IMG/VR virus record: IMGVR_UViG_3300043178_000179
Source: a virus
Lineage: Duplodnaviria > Heunggongvirae > Uroviricota > Caudoviricetes
DNA: 64,000 nucleotides
Direction: 5' to 3' (one strand)
Part shown: piece by piece, positions 36,796-45,246 of the stretch
How the letters are laid out: every line of letters begins with the position of its first letter
How positions within the stretch are numbered: the first letter of the stretch is position 1
Notes under the pieces: model-generated
Databases searched by the model: none
The model's input: the letters and a program-made list of their open reading frames with translations, nothing else
Told to the model about the DNA's origin: nothing
Position numbers and translations under genes: made by a program

Positions 36796-38268
36796 ATGGG
36801 TCTCTCCGAATCCTGGTTCACGGTCGATCGCAAGGGCCTCGCGAAGCTGCTGGAGCGCCGCGGCCTGGCCTTCGCGGTGCTGGAGCTCGTCCAGAACGCC
36901 TGGGACGAGCCCGGCGTCACCGAGGTGGATGTCACGTTGGAGCCGGTCCCGGGTCGGCCGCTGGTGCGGCTGACCGTGGGCGACGACGCCCCGGCGGGTT
37001 TCCAGCGGCTCTCGGACGCCTGGACGCTCTTCGCCGAGAGCGCCAAGAAGGGGAACCCTTCGCAGCGTGGCCGGTTCAACCTGGGCGAGAAGCTGGTGCT
37101 CTCGCTCTGCGAGGAGGCGACGATCGTGACGACGACGGGCGGAGTCCGCTTCGACATCGCGGGACGCCATGCCCTGCGGCAGCGTCGCGAACGAGGTTCG
37201 CTCGTGACGCTGATCCTGCGGATGACGCGCGAGCAACTCGCGGAGGTCCGTGCCGTCGCCGCGATGCTGATCCCTCCCGACACGATCCGCACGGTGTTCG
37301 ACGGGCAGGTGCTTTCTTCCCCGACCCCGGCCGGCCGGTGCGAGGTTGTGCTCCCGACCGAGCTATCCGACGAGGACGGGTTCCTCCGGCCCTCCGCGCG
37401 GAAGAGCGCGGTCACGGTCTACGAGGCGCCCAGCGGAGGCTGGCTCTACGAGATGGGGATCCCCGTCGTGGAGACGGGCGACCGCTGGCACTACGACGTG
37501 GGCCAGAAGGTCCCGCTCACGATGGACCGGCAGAACGTGCCGCCGTCCTTTCTCCGCAAGGTCCGCGCCGGGGTGCTCAACGCGCTCGCGGACCGGCTCC
37601 GGGACGAGGACGGGGCCGAGGGGTGGGTGCGGGAGGCCGCGGCCAGCCCCGAGTGCGAGCCCGCGGCCTTCGCGTCCGCGCTGACGTCGCGCTTCGGCGC
37701 GAACCGGGTGATCTACGACCCCTCGGACCCGGAGGCGAACCACCGGGCGGTGGCCGCCGGGTACACGTTGGTCCGGGGGAACCAGCTCTCGGCCGGCGAG
37801 CGGCAGAACCTCCAGCGGTTCCGGGACATGGGCCACCAGACCTTGCCGCCCGCGGGTCGGGTCTTCCCGACGAGGCCGACGGCGAAGGAGCCGACGCTGC
37901 CCGAGCGTCTGACCCCCGGCATGGAGCGGGTCTGTGACTACTCGGCGCATGTCGGGACGGTGCTGCTTGGTCTCCCGGTGTCGGCCCGGGTGATCGAGGA
38001 CCGGGAGATCACGGTGCTCGCGAGCTACGGCAACCGCCGGGTGACCTTCAACGCCGCCCGGCTGCACCCGGCCTTCTTCGACCGCACCGACGCCGACGGG
38101 CTGTTCTCCGTCCACGCCCTGCTCCTGCACGAGCTGGCGCACGAGTCCGAGGGCAACCACCTGGCCGACGGGTACCACGACGCGCTGTGCGACCTGGGCG
38201 CGGGCCTGGCCCGGGCGCTGCTGGACGGTTCGATCCGCCCCCGGGCCTACGGCTTCGATGTACCGTGA
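36796..38268 (+). CDS. GHKL-type (histidine kinase/Hsp90-like) ATPase domain protein with a C-terminal HExxH motif
   Basis: N-box 'LELVQNAWDE', 'GNPSQRGRFNLGEK'. C-terminal 'LLLHELAHESEGNH'. RBS AAGGAG. Confidence 0.55.
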   Translation: MGLSESWFTVDRKGLAKLLERRGLAFAVLELVQNAWDEPGVTEVDVTLEPVPGRPLVRLTVGDDAPAGFQRLSDAWTLFAESAKKGNPSQRGRFNLGEKLVLSLCEEATIVTTTGGVRFDIAGRHALRQRRERGSLVTLILRMTREQLAEVRAVAAMLIPPDTIRTVFDGQVLSSPTPAGRCEVVLPTELSDEDGFLRPSARKSAVTVYEAPSGGWLYEMGIPVVETGDRWHYDVGQKVPLTMDRQNVPPSFLRKVRAGVLNALADRLRDEDGAEGWVREAAASPECEPAAFASALTSRFGANRVIYDPSDPEANHRAVAAGYTLVRGNQLSAGERQNLQRFRDMGHQTLPPAGRVFPTRPTAKEPTLPERLTPGMERVCDYSAHVGTVLLGLPVSARVIEDREITVLASYGNRRVTFNAARLHPAFFDRTDADGLFSVHALLLHELAHESEGNHLADGYHDALCDLGAGLARALLDGSIRPRAYGFDVP

Positions 38269-38271
38269 CCT

Positions 38272-38659
38272 GATGGCTTCGCCGCTCCCGCTGCTCGGGC
38301 CCGCATGGCGCCCGGTGCACACGCTGATCGTCTCGCTCTCGCCCGACGGCACCGGCGGGCCGTTCCACGCCTCCCCTGGTCGGGTGCTTCTCCGGGGACC
38401 CGTCATGCAGGCGACGTTGTCCGTGCCGCTGCCGACCCGGACGGGATGGGTCAGCCGCCCGTGTCCGAGTGCGGTTCCGTTCGATGCGCTGGCGCTGCAC
38501 GGAGCCGATGGGGTCATCGACCCGGCCGTGCTGGTGGAGGTGGTCGGAGCCAAGAGGAGCCGTGATTTCTTCCTCGTGCCATCCGACGTGGCGCTCGCCG
38601 CGCTTGTCGAGATCCCGTACCCTGGGCGGTGGTCCGTCCTGCTCCGGGTCATGCGATGA
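38272..38659 (+). CDS. hypothetical protein
   Basis: 128 aa downstream of the GHKL gene. Confidence 0.4.
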
Positions 38660-39015
38660 CCGAACGCGAGGCGTTCGAGTTGATGCTCACCGCGCACGCT
38701 GCCGAGGAGCGGGTTCGCGCGGGAGTCCAGGAATGGTTTCGGGAGGCCGGGTTCCAGGCCACCCCGTGGTGGGTCGAGTTGGAGGTTGGAGCGGCGACGA
38801 TCGTCGCTTCGGCCGGCCTCGGTGCGAGGTGGTCTGTGCGTCTTTCCGTCGTCCCCGGCAGCGCGGTCGCGCACTTGTGCTCGGCCGCGGGCTTGGTGTT
38901 CTACGCGACCGCATCTGGACGGACGGCGGTAGAAGCGCTCCGCGCCCTGACCGCGAAGCCCGAGTTCCCCAGAGGGTTCACCACCGTGCACGTTTCTGGC
39001 ACCGAGCCCCGGTGA
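38656..39015 (+). CDS. hypothetical protein
   Basis: ATGA-coupled. Confidence 0.4.
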   Translation: MTEREAFELMLTAHAAEERVRAGVQEWFREAGFQATPWWVELEVGAATIVASAGLGARWSVRLSVVPGSAVAHLCSAAGLVFYATASGRTAVEALRALTAKPEFPRGFTTVHVSGTEPR

Positions 39016-39497
39016 ACTCCACGCCGGCGTTCCAGTCCGATCTTCCGCTGGCGGTTCCCCCGCGGAGCCATCCGGACCTCTTGGCTCTTGCACGGGCCAC
39101 GCTCTCGCGGGAGCGCGCTCGGACCGAGGAGCGCTTCGGCCGTGGGTTGCGACTTCGAGAGGCCCGTGGTCGGGTCGAGCTGTTGCGGGGCTGGACGTTG
39201 CTCAGCAGCGCGGCCTGCCATCCGGCGCCGGTGCCCCACTCGCTGGACGCCGTGGGCTGGGTCCTGCGCGAGGCGCGTGCCTGGTGGGTGGTCCGTCGCG
39301 CCGCCGCCTGCTGGCGGTGCGGCCGTCCAGGGCCCCCGACCTGCGAGGAGTGCCGTGTCGCCTGGCGCGCGGAGAACGCGCTCTGCGTGGAGCAGCTCAA
39401 GCTGCCGCTCGTCGGTCTCGTGGGCCGCGGCCGGCGTCGGCGCCCACCGCAGGTCGAGGACGAGGACGACCTTGACGACGCATCCATGCCGGACTAA
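39012..39497 (+). CDS. zinc-ribbon protein
   Basis: GTGA-coupled. 'CWRCGRPGPPTCEECRVAWRAENALC'. Confidence 0.4.
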   Translation: MNSTPAFQSDLPLAVPPRSHPDLLALARATLSRERARTEERFGRGLRLREARGRVELLRGWTLLSSAACHPAPVPHSLDAVGWVLREARAWWVVRRAAACWRCGRPGPPTCEECRVAWRAENALCVEQLKLPLVGLVGRGRRRRPPQVEDEDDLDDASMPD

Positions 39498-39526
39498 GGG
39501 CCTGGCAGGAGGATCGATGACTCTCA

Positions 39527-39927
39527 ACGAGATCGAGCGGCTGCTCACCTACCAGCCCCCGCGACCCGGGGAGGCCGCGGCACACGAGCTGCTGCGCAAG
39601 CAGGAGCAGATCATGTGGGAGATCGTGCAGGCGCTCCCGATCATCAAGCCCAGCCACGAGTCGATCGACGCCGCGGTCTTGGCCTTCGGCCGGGTGATCG
39701 TCGACGTCGTTCCCGAGGGCCCGGACAGTGTCGCGATCGGGCACCTCGCGCTCGCGCGGACCGCGCTGCACGAGCGGCTCCTGCTCGCTCTCCGGAGCGC
39801 CCCCAACGAGTTGGCGTCGGACGTCCCGCGCCTCACGGACCTCGCCTGGGCGGAGCTTCGCCGCGCTCGTCACATCGCCAGTACCGGCATCGCGATGCGT
39901 GGCCTGCGGAGCCGCGACGTGGCATGA
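39527..39927 (+). CDS. hypothetical protein
   Basis: Good RBS (CAGGAGGAT) before the ATG. Confidence 0.5.
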
Positions 39928-40168
39928 CGGCGGAAGCGAAGCTCCACTGGCTGACAGATCCACCGGAATGGTCTCGTGGATCCGGAGGGAGTCGGACGCC
40001 CGCCCGCGCGAGCCGAAACTGATCGGCACGCCGCGGACCTTGAGGCTACGCACGACCAAGTCGTGGCCAGCAAACAGCGCAGAAAGCCGCCCCGGTTCCG
40101 GGATTCCGAGTATCCGCCGGCCCGGTCCGGCCACCTCGAACTTGTTCATGCCCGAAGGGTAACCCCTT

Positions 40169-40831
40169 GTGCTGGCATGGCAACGCCGTGCAGGAGCGCC
40201 CACGGCGTGCCATGTTGTCGAGGTGGCGTTCCCGGAGAACCACTACCAGGTCCTCGGCGTCCTCCCGACGGCGCCGCGGGAGGAGCTGCGGGCCGCGTGG
40301 CTCCGGGTCGTCAAGCAGACGCACCCGGACCGGAATCCCGGGGACCGTGAGGCCGAGCGCCGGTGCAAGCAGGCGAACGCGGCCTGGCAGGTGCTCCAGG
40401 ATCCGGCCACCCGGGCGGCCTACGACCAGGAGCTCGCGCGTCAGGCGGCACGTCCCGCGCCGCCGCCCGCGCCGCCGCCGTCGGCCCCGACGCCGCCGCC
40501 ACGCCCGCCGTCCGGGCGCTTCCGGCACCGCCGGCACCAGGAGGCGCCGCCGCCTCCTCCACCTCCGCGGAGCAGTTGGTCCCCGCCCCCACCGCCCCCG
40601 CCTCCTCCTCGGAGTGGCTGGCCGCCGCCACCGTCCTGGGACGTTCCGCCGTGGACTCCACCGCGCCCCGCGTGGACGCCGCCGCCCTTCGCCCCAGCTC
40701 CGCTGGCGCCGCGCTTCGAGCCGTTCCGCCCGATGACGCCCACGGGTGGTCAGGTGCGCCTGGAGCGACAGTACGGGCGCTTCGGGGTCTGGAAGCGCAA
40801 CGGCATGCGCGTGACCTGGGACGAGGACTAG
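40169..40831 (+). CDS. J-domain (DnaJ-like) protein with a proline-rich C-terminal region
   Basis: 'HYQVLGVLPTAPREELRAAWLRVVKQTHPDRNPGD' contains the HPD motif. Confidence 0.6.
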   Translation: MLAWQRRAGAPTACHVVEVAFPENHYQVLGVLPTAPREELRAAWLRVVKQTHPDRNPGDREAERRCKQANAAWQVLQDPATRAAYDQELARQAARPAPPPAPPPSAPTPPPRPPSGRFRHRRHQEAPPPPPPPRSSWSPPPPPPPPPRSGWPPPPSWDVPPWTPPRPAWTPPPFAPAPLAPRFEPFRPMTPTGGQVRLERQYGRFGVWKRNGMRVTWDED

Positions 40832-41043
40832 TCCCGGAGCTTCTTCCAGGCGACGGTTGCCCCTAGGACGACGACGGCTGGTAGCACGACGACGTCGAAG
40901 AAGGCGTCCATCCGATCCTGGCAGCCCGGCGCGGCGCTCGGGCGCCGGCAGATGGTCACGAGCTGGGTGGACGCGAGCCAGGCCGCGCCGAGCAGGGCGA
41001 GCCCCGTCCCGTCCCGGTCCTGGTCTACCACCACTTGGCCCAT
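40828..41043 (-). CDS. holin-like small membrane protein
   Basis: 71 aa with two hydrophobic segments. Immediately downstream of the endolysin on the same strand. Confidence 0.45.
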   Translation of the reverse strand: MGQVVVDQDRDGTGLALLGAAWLASTQLVTICRRPSAAPGCQDRMDAFFDVVVLPAVVVLGATVAWKKLRD

Positions 41044-41855
41044 CCGCGTAGCTTCGACTTCGGCCGGTTGTAGGTGCCGACCCGGTTCGAGACGTTCCCT
41101 TCGATCGTGGCGACGGTCCCATCCCGGTTGTCCGCCACGACGAAGCCGGTGTGGCCGGCCTTGGCCGCGGCCGCGGCATCGGAACCGGAGTCGGCCCGGG
41201 CCATGGTGAAGATCGCGCCGCTCGGAATGACGGTCGCACCGCCGGCGACCCAGACCTTGCGCTTCTGAGCCCAGCTCTCGATCTGGGCCGCGCCCCCGAG
41301 CCAGGCGCCGAACGGGATCTCGCTCCAGCCGCCGACTCCGAGCCCCGCCTTCAAGGCCCAGCTCACGAAGATGGCGCACCAGGGCGGCATGGTCTTCAAG
41401 GTCTCGGGGTCGGTGATCTTCCAGTAGAGGTAGTAGGCGCTCGGCGCCTTGCCGTCCCCTCCCTCGTCCACGATGTGGCCGAGTTCCGGGCCGCCGTTGG
41501 AGCCCTCGGGGATCTCCCTGCGCCCGAGCTGCCGGACGGCGCTCTCCAGGACCGAGCGTACGGCCGCGGGCGCATCGGCAGGGATCCGGCCCAGCAGGGC
41601 CTTGCGCTGCGCCTCCAGGACGTCGTCCGGAGTCGGAGCGGTGCCGGTGCTCATCAGGAGGTTCCAGGTGAGCGGCCCGACGACTCCGTCCGGATCGATG
41701 CCCCGGCTGACCTGGAACTGCTCGACGGCCGCCTCGGTCTTGGCTCCGAAGTCCCCGTCGGCCATCACGGTGTAGCCGTGCGCGCTGAGCCGCTGCTGGA
41801 GGAGCGTCACGGCCGAGCCCTTGTCTCCGAGCCGCAGGGTGGGTTGGGTCGCCAT
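41025..41855 (-). CDS. endolysin: PG_binding_1 domain plus CHAP amidase/peptidase domain
   Basis: 'LRLGDKGSAVTLLQQRLSAHGYTV...DGDFGAKTEAAVEQFQ'. CHAP Cys 'PPWCAIFVSWALK' and His 'GHTGFVV'. Confidence 0.75.
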   Translation of the reverse strand: MATQPTLRLGDKGSAVTLLQQRLSAHGYTVMADGDFGAKTEAAVEQFQVSRGIDPDGVVGPLTWNLLMSTGTAPTPDDVLEAQRKALLGRIPADAPAAVRSVLESAVRQLGRREIPEGSNGGPELGHIVDEGGDGKAPSAYYLYWKITDPETLKTMPPWCAIFVSWALKAGLGVGGWSEIPFGAWLGGAAQIESWAQKRKVWVAGGATVIPSGAIFTMARADSGSDAAAAAKAGHTGFVVADNRDGTVATIEGNVSNRVGTYNRPKSKLRGWAKWW

Positions 41856-42035
41856 CGGGCCCTCCAGGATCCAGTGTATCGCCTCTTGACGCCTGGTGCC
41901 GCCGGGGGTAGCTTCCCCTCGTGACCTGCGCCTTCACCTCCTTGCGTCTCTCCCTCGGGCTGTTTCCCAGCTCGTGGTATCTGCGCGAGCCGGAGGAGGC
42001 GCAGGGCTGACGGATCCAACCAAGCCCGCCTGAAC

Positions 42036-42076
42036 GCCCCCTCCGGTCAGTCCGGAGGGGGCGTTCTCGTTTCTGG
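42036..42076 (+). terminator. rho-independent terminator (11-bp GC stem plus U-tract)
   Basis: gccccctccgg-tcagt-ccggagggggc followed by gttctcgtttct. Confidence 0.6.
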
Positions 42077-42113
42077 GCTTCACGTTCGTTGACATCGCTG
42101 GCAGTTGGTCCCT

Positions 42114-42196
42114 GCGCGGATGGCGGAAACGGCAGACGCACCGAGCTCAAGCCTCGGCTCCCACGGGAACTGCGGGTTCGACTCCCGCTCCGCGCA
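42114..42196 (+). tRNA. tRNA-Leu (CAA)
   Basis: Acceptor GCGCGGA/TCCGCGC. Anticodon loop cTCAAgc. Long variable arm. T-loop TTCGACT. Confidence 0.8.
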
Positions 42197-42201
42197 CTCG
42201 T

Positions 42202-42287
42202 CCCGGTGTAGACGTCTATGGAGGACGGGCGGGCTGTAAACCCGTCGCCTTCGGGCCAGGGAGGTTCGATTCCTTCCACCGGGACCA
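42202..42287 (+). tRNA. tRNA-Tyr (GTA), CCA encoded
   Basis: Acceptor CCCGGTG/CACCGGG. Loop ctGTAaa. Long variable arm. Confidence 0.8.
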
Positions 42288-42291
42288 TCTT

Positions 42292-42380
42292 GGAGAGGCC
42301 GTCCTGCGTCGGCGCCAGGTACGCGGTTGGAAACCGCGTGGCCCTCATGGGGTCCGGGGGTTCGACTCCCTTCCTCTCCG
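42292..42380 (+). tRNA. tRNA-Ser (GGA)
   Basis: Acceptor GGAGAGG/CCTCTCC. Loop ttGGAaa. Long variable arm. Confidence 0.75.
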
Positions 42381-42385
42381 CTTGT

Positions 42386-42473
42386 GGCCGGGTGGTGGAA
42401 CTTTGGTAGACACGCCGCGCTCAGGACGCGGTGCTTTCGGGCGCTGAGGGTTCGACTCCCTCCCCGGTCACCA
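42386..42473 (+). tRNA. tRNA-Leu (CAG), CCA encoded
   Basis: Acceptor GGCCGGG/CCCGGTC. Loop ctCAGga. Long variable arm. Confidence 0.8.
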
Positions 42474-42477
42474 TCGT

Positions 42478-42563
42478 GTGCTCGTGGTGGAACATGGTAG
42501 ACACGCCGGGTTGAGGCCCGGTGCCCTCGGGCGGTGAGGGTTCGACTCCCTCCGAGCACACCA
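42478..42563 (+). tRNA. tRNA-Leu (GAG), CCA encoded
   Basis: Acceptor GTGCTCG/CGAGCAC. Loop ttGAGgc. Long variable arm. Confidence 0.8.
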
Positions 42564-42567
42564 TCAC

Positions 42568-42638
42568 AGGGGTCGTACAGGGTACGGGCTGGACTCCAAA
42601 TCCGGCCTTGAAGGGTTCGAGTCCCTTGGCCCCTGCCA
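42568..42638 (+). tRNA. tRNA-Trp (CCA), CCA encoded; compact D-arm
   Basis: Acceptor AGGGGTC/GGCCCCT. Loop ctCCAaa. T-arm aaggg-ttcgagt-ccctt. Confidence 0.65.
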
Positions 42639-42639
42639 C

Positions 42640-42726
42640 GGGAGCGTGGCCGAGAGGAAAGGCACCGGCTTGCTAAGCCGGCGAGGGTCCGGTGGGCCCG
42701 CGCGGGTTCGAGTCCCGCCGCTTCCG
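42640..42726 (+). tRNA. tRNA-Ser (GCT)
   Basis: Acceptor GGGAGCG/CGCTTCC. Loop ttGCTaa. Long variable arm. Confidence 0.75.
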
Positions 42727-42731
42727 CCTCT

Positions 42732-42804
42732 GGACAGGTAGCCCAGTCGGTAGAGCACTCGATTGAAGATCGGGGTGTCGGCGGTTCGATTCCGTCCCTG
42801 TCCA
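42732..42804 (+). tRNA. tRNA-Phe (GAA)
   Basis: Perfect acceptor GGACAGG/CCTGTCC. Loop ttGAAga. Confidence 0.85.
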
Positions 42805-42808
42805 CCTT

Positions 42809-42894
42809 GGAGGGTGTGCGCTCGTCGGCGAAGCGCGCTGGCCCCGAACGTCAGTGGTCCGATGGACCCGAGGGTTCGACTCCCTCACCCTCCG
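42809..42894 (+). tRNA. tRNA-Ser (CGA)
   Basis: Acceptor GGAGGGT/ACCCTCC. Loop ccCGAac. Long variable arm. Confidence 0.75.
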
Positions 42895-42898
42895 CCTT

Positions 42899-42986
42899 GG
42901 AGGACGTGCGCTCGTCGGCGAAGCGCACCGGCCTTGAACACCGGCGGCCCGTCTCGGGCCCGAGGGTTCGACTCCCTCGTCCTCCG
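42899..42986 (+). tRNA. tRNA-Ser (TGA)
   Basis: Acceptor GGAGGAC/GTCCTCC. Loop ctTGAac. Long variable arm. One C-A at the anticodon stem base. Confidence 0.65.
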
Positions 42987-43023
42987 CCTTGCCGCGCGGC
43001 CCATGCCGCGATATGGACCAGCC

Positions 43024-44184
43024 ATGAGCTGGGAGACCGCGAGCCCGGAGTTCCGACAGCAGGTGATCCGTCGGATCGAGCAGTCGGCCCGGAGGACCTA
43101 TCGCCAGCGCCTGCGGGATCCCGCCGCGCAGGACTTCCTCGCGTCGGTCGAGTTCGGTTGTCGGCGCCTCGACGCCGCGTGGGCGCGCGTCGGCTACACC
43201 TGGCCGGGCTGGACCTCCGGCCACGTCGCCCAAGTGAAGGCGATGTCCGAGCCGGTCCTGGGCCTCCCGCCCGGGACGATGGAGTCCAAGGTCGACGACG
43301 ACCTGGTGCTTTGCCAGATCCTCGGTCGGCGGTACGGCGGTCCCCTCTGGGTCCTGGAGGAGGACTGTGCCCGGGCGCTGGCCGCGACCGACCCGCCGAT
43401 CGACCTGATCTCGACGGAGGTGATGGAGTGCCGGCTGCGGCTGCCCTTTCCGTCGATCTGCCTCCAGCTCCCGCCGGTCTTCGAGCTGCACGACGAGCAG
43501 ACCGGCCGCGAGCACCCGGTCGAGGCGATCGAGGTCTGCATGACCTGGGGGCTGAACCTCGACCCCGAGCAGGCGCTCCGTTACCCGAACGCCCTGGCCG
43601 CGCGCCAGGCGCACGAGCCGATGCCGATGCTGCTGATCGTCGCGATCGGCAAGGCCCGAGGGTGTTTCGTCGGGGACGACGGCGTCCCGGTGCTCGACGA
43701 CACGCTCCGCAGCTTCACGCTCGGCGCCGGCCGCCGGGTGAGCGACTTCGGCAAGGTCTCGGGCCTCGACGCGGTCTACGTGGTGCTGAACCTCCTGATG
43801 GCCCTGAACGCGGGCTACCTGGAATCGCGCACGGTGGTCCCTTCCGGGCCGAAGAACCCGGCCAAGGCCGAGAAGCGCGAGCGCCGCGGCGAGGTGCTGG
43901 AGCGCCACACGCTGATCCGGCTCGGCCAGCGGGCGAGGGCGGCGTCCCCGCCGCGGCCCGCCCCGGCATCCGGTGAGCGCGACCCGGTGTCCGCGCACTT
44001 CGTCCGGGGCCACTGGCACTGCTACTGGGTGCGGGAGCCCGGAGACGACCCGGTCCTGTCGCGCAAGCCGGGGAAGAAGGGCGACGGCGAGCTGCACCTC
44101 GTCGCCCGGTGGGTGTTTCCCTTTCAGCGCGGGAGCGGGGGCCCGCCGGAGCCTCGCTATCGGGTCGCCGGATCGAAAAGTTGA
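43024..44184 (+). CDS. hypothetical protein (386 aa) embedded inside the tRNA array
   Basis: ATG start right after tRNA-Ser(TGA). Protein-like composition with no recognisable motif. Confidence 0.5.
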   Translation: MSWETASPEFRQQVIRRIEQSARRTYRQRLRDPAAQDFLASVEFGCRRLDAAWARVGYTWPGWTSGHVAQVKAMSEPVLGLPPGTMESKVDDDLVLCQILGRRYGGPLWVLEEDCARALAATDPPIDLISTEVMECRLRLPFPSICLQLPPVFELHDEQTGREHPVEAIEVCMTWGLNLDPEQALRYPNALAARQAHEPMPMLLIVAIGKARGCFVGDDGVPVLDDTLRSFTLGAGRRVSDFGKVSGLDAVYVVLNLLMALNAGYLESRTVVPSGPKNPAKAEKRERRGEVLERHTLIRLGQRARAASPPRPAPASGERDPVSAHFVRGHWHCYWVREPGDDPVLSRKPGKKGDGELHLVARWVFPFQRGSGGPPEPRYRVAGSKS

Positions 44185-44192
44185 CGACCCGC

Positions 44193-44220
44193 TTGACACC
44201 GCTCCATCGGGTGGTAAGGT
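44193..44220 (+). promoter_or_regulatory. candidate promoter TTGACA-16nt-TAAGGT (a second TTGACG sits 12 nt upstream)
   Basis: Consensus -35 plus TANNNT-like -10, directly before a 38-codon ORF and a strong terminator. Confidence 0.35.
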
Positions 44221-44367
44221 TCGCTCCATGAGAACGCGCTCCAACGAAGCGACCTGTCATCCGGCCCAGGCCGGACGACCGGTCGCGTGCGTGGAGAAGC
44301 GCATCGGTCGGCCGGATACCGACCGGGAGGTCTCCAAGGGATAGTCGCAGCGAGCGAAACCCGACGA

Positions 44368-44405
44368 GGCCCCCGGCACCGAGAGGTCCGGGGGCCTTGT
44401 CGTCT
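44368..44405 (+). terminator. hairpin terminator-like element (9-bp GC stem) immediately before tRNA-Arg
   Basis: ggcccccgg-(11 nt loop)-ccgggggcc followed by ttgtcgtct. Confidence 0.45.
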
Positions 44406-44478
44406 GGGCCCGAAGCTCAAATGGATGAGCGCCGGTCTCCGGAACCGGAGGTTGCGGGTTCGAGTCCCACCGGGCCTA
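44406..44478 (+). tRNA. tRNA-Arg (CCG)
   Basis: Acceptor GGGCCCG/CGGGCCT with G1-U72. Loop ctCCGga. One T-stem mismatch. Confidence 0.7.
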
Positions 44479-44545
44479 CCTTCAATCCTTGAAATCGCGA
44501 AACGAATGGCTGTCGGGCGGGCCGCCTCACGCTGGCCCGCCTCGT

Positions 44546-44621
44546 GTCCCCGAAGCTCAACTGGACGAGCGCCAGGCTACGGACCTGGATGTTGAGGGTT
44601 CGAGTCCCTCCGGGGATACCA
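44546..44621 (+). tRNA. tRNA-Arg (ACG), CCA encoded
   Basis: Acceptor GTCCCCG/CGGGGAT with G1-U72. Loop ctACGga. Confidence 0.8.
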
Positions 44622-44625
44622 TCAT

Positions 44626-44763
44626 GGCGAGGACGCCCTCCGGTTGGGCACAGCTTGAACACAGCTGCCTGCAAAGCAACACGCTGGCCTCCTCGGCCCG
44701 GGCGACCGGGCCCCCACGGCGAAGCGAACACGCTCCAAGTTGGTTCGATTCCAACCCTCGCCA
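44626..44763 (+). ncRNA. tRNA-shaped element (138 nt) with a ~68-nt insertion in the variable-loop position
   Basis: Perfect 7-bp acceptor GGCGAGG/CCTCGCC. D-arm gccc/gggc. Hairpin cagct-tgaacac-agctg. T-arm gttgg-ttcgatt-ccaac. The insert carries the hairpins ggcc-tcctc-ggcc and cccgg-gcgac-ccggg. Confidence 0.4.
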
Positions 44764-44771
44764 CCTCTCTT

Positions 44772-44908
44772 GGGGATGAAGCCTGTTGGTTCAGGCACAG
44801 GTACTCGGCACCTGCTTTCCGCAATCCCGCTGGCCTCCTCGGCCCGGACGACCGGGCCTCCTTCTGGCGAAGCGAACATGCTCAGGGGTTCGACTCCCCG
44901 CATCCCCA
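44772..44908 (+). ncRNA. second tRNA-shaped element (137 nt) with a homologous ~65-nt variable-region insertion
   Basis: Perfect acceptor GGGGATG/CATCCCC. D-arm gcct/aggc. Hairpin caggt-actcggc-acctg. The insert shares 'gctggcctcctcggcccgg.cgaccgggcc...gcgaagcgaaca' with the first element. Confidence 0.4.
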
Positions 44909-44965
44909 CCTTCTCGCCCCCGGCGTCGCTGGAGCCTTCCGGCTCGCGACGGCCGGCGAAACGCT

Positions 44966-45041
44966 GTGGTCGTAGCTCAACGGCTCAGAGCGCCGGGTTG
45001 TGGCCCCGGAGGTGCGGGTTCAACTCCCGCCGATCACCCCA
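44966..45041 (+). tRNA. tRNA-His (GTG), CCA encoded, C73
   Basis: Acceptor GTGGTCG/CGATCAC. Loop ttGTGgc. Discriminator C. Confidence 0.75.
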
Positions 45042-45042
45042 T

Positions 45043-45120
45043 GGTCTCGTGGTGAAGCCTGGAGTTCACGCTGGCCTGTCACGCCAGAGGTCGCGGGTTC
45101 AAATCCCGTCGGGACCGCCA
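45043..45120 (+). tRNA. tRNA-Asp (GTC), CCA encoded
   Basis: Acceptor GGTCTCG/CGGGACC. Loop ctGTCac. Confidence 0.8.
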
Positions 45121-45121
45121 T

Positions 45122-45194
45122 GGATCCATAGCTCAGATGGTAGAGCAGCGGCCTCTTAAGCCGACGGTCCAGGGTTCAAGTCCCTGTGGATCCA
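45122..45194 (+). tRNA. tRNA-Lys (CTT)
   Basis: Acceptor GGATCCA/TGGATCC. Loop ctCTTaa. Confidence 0.75.
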
Positions 45195-45246
45195 CCTTCA
45201 TTCGAGAGGAGGTTCGATGCACCCCAAACGCATCCCTGTGAGCTGC

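Noticed and set aside
39928-40149. Minus-strand ORF 'MNKFEVAGPGRRILG...' in the 39397..40203 track entry
   Set aside because: It overlaps plus-strand genes with good RBS support and there is no coupling or motif support. Likely spurious.
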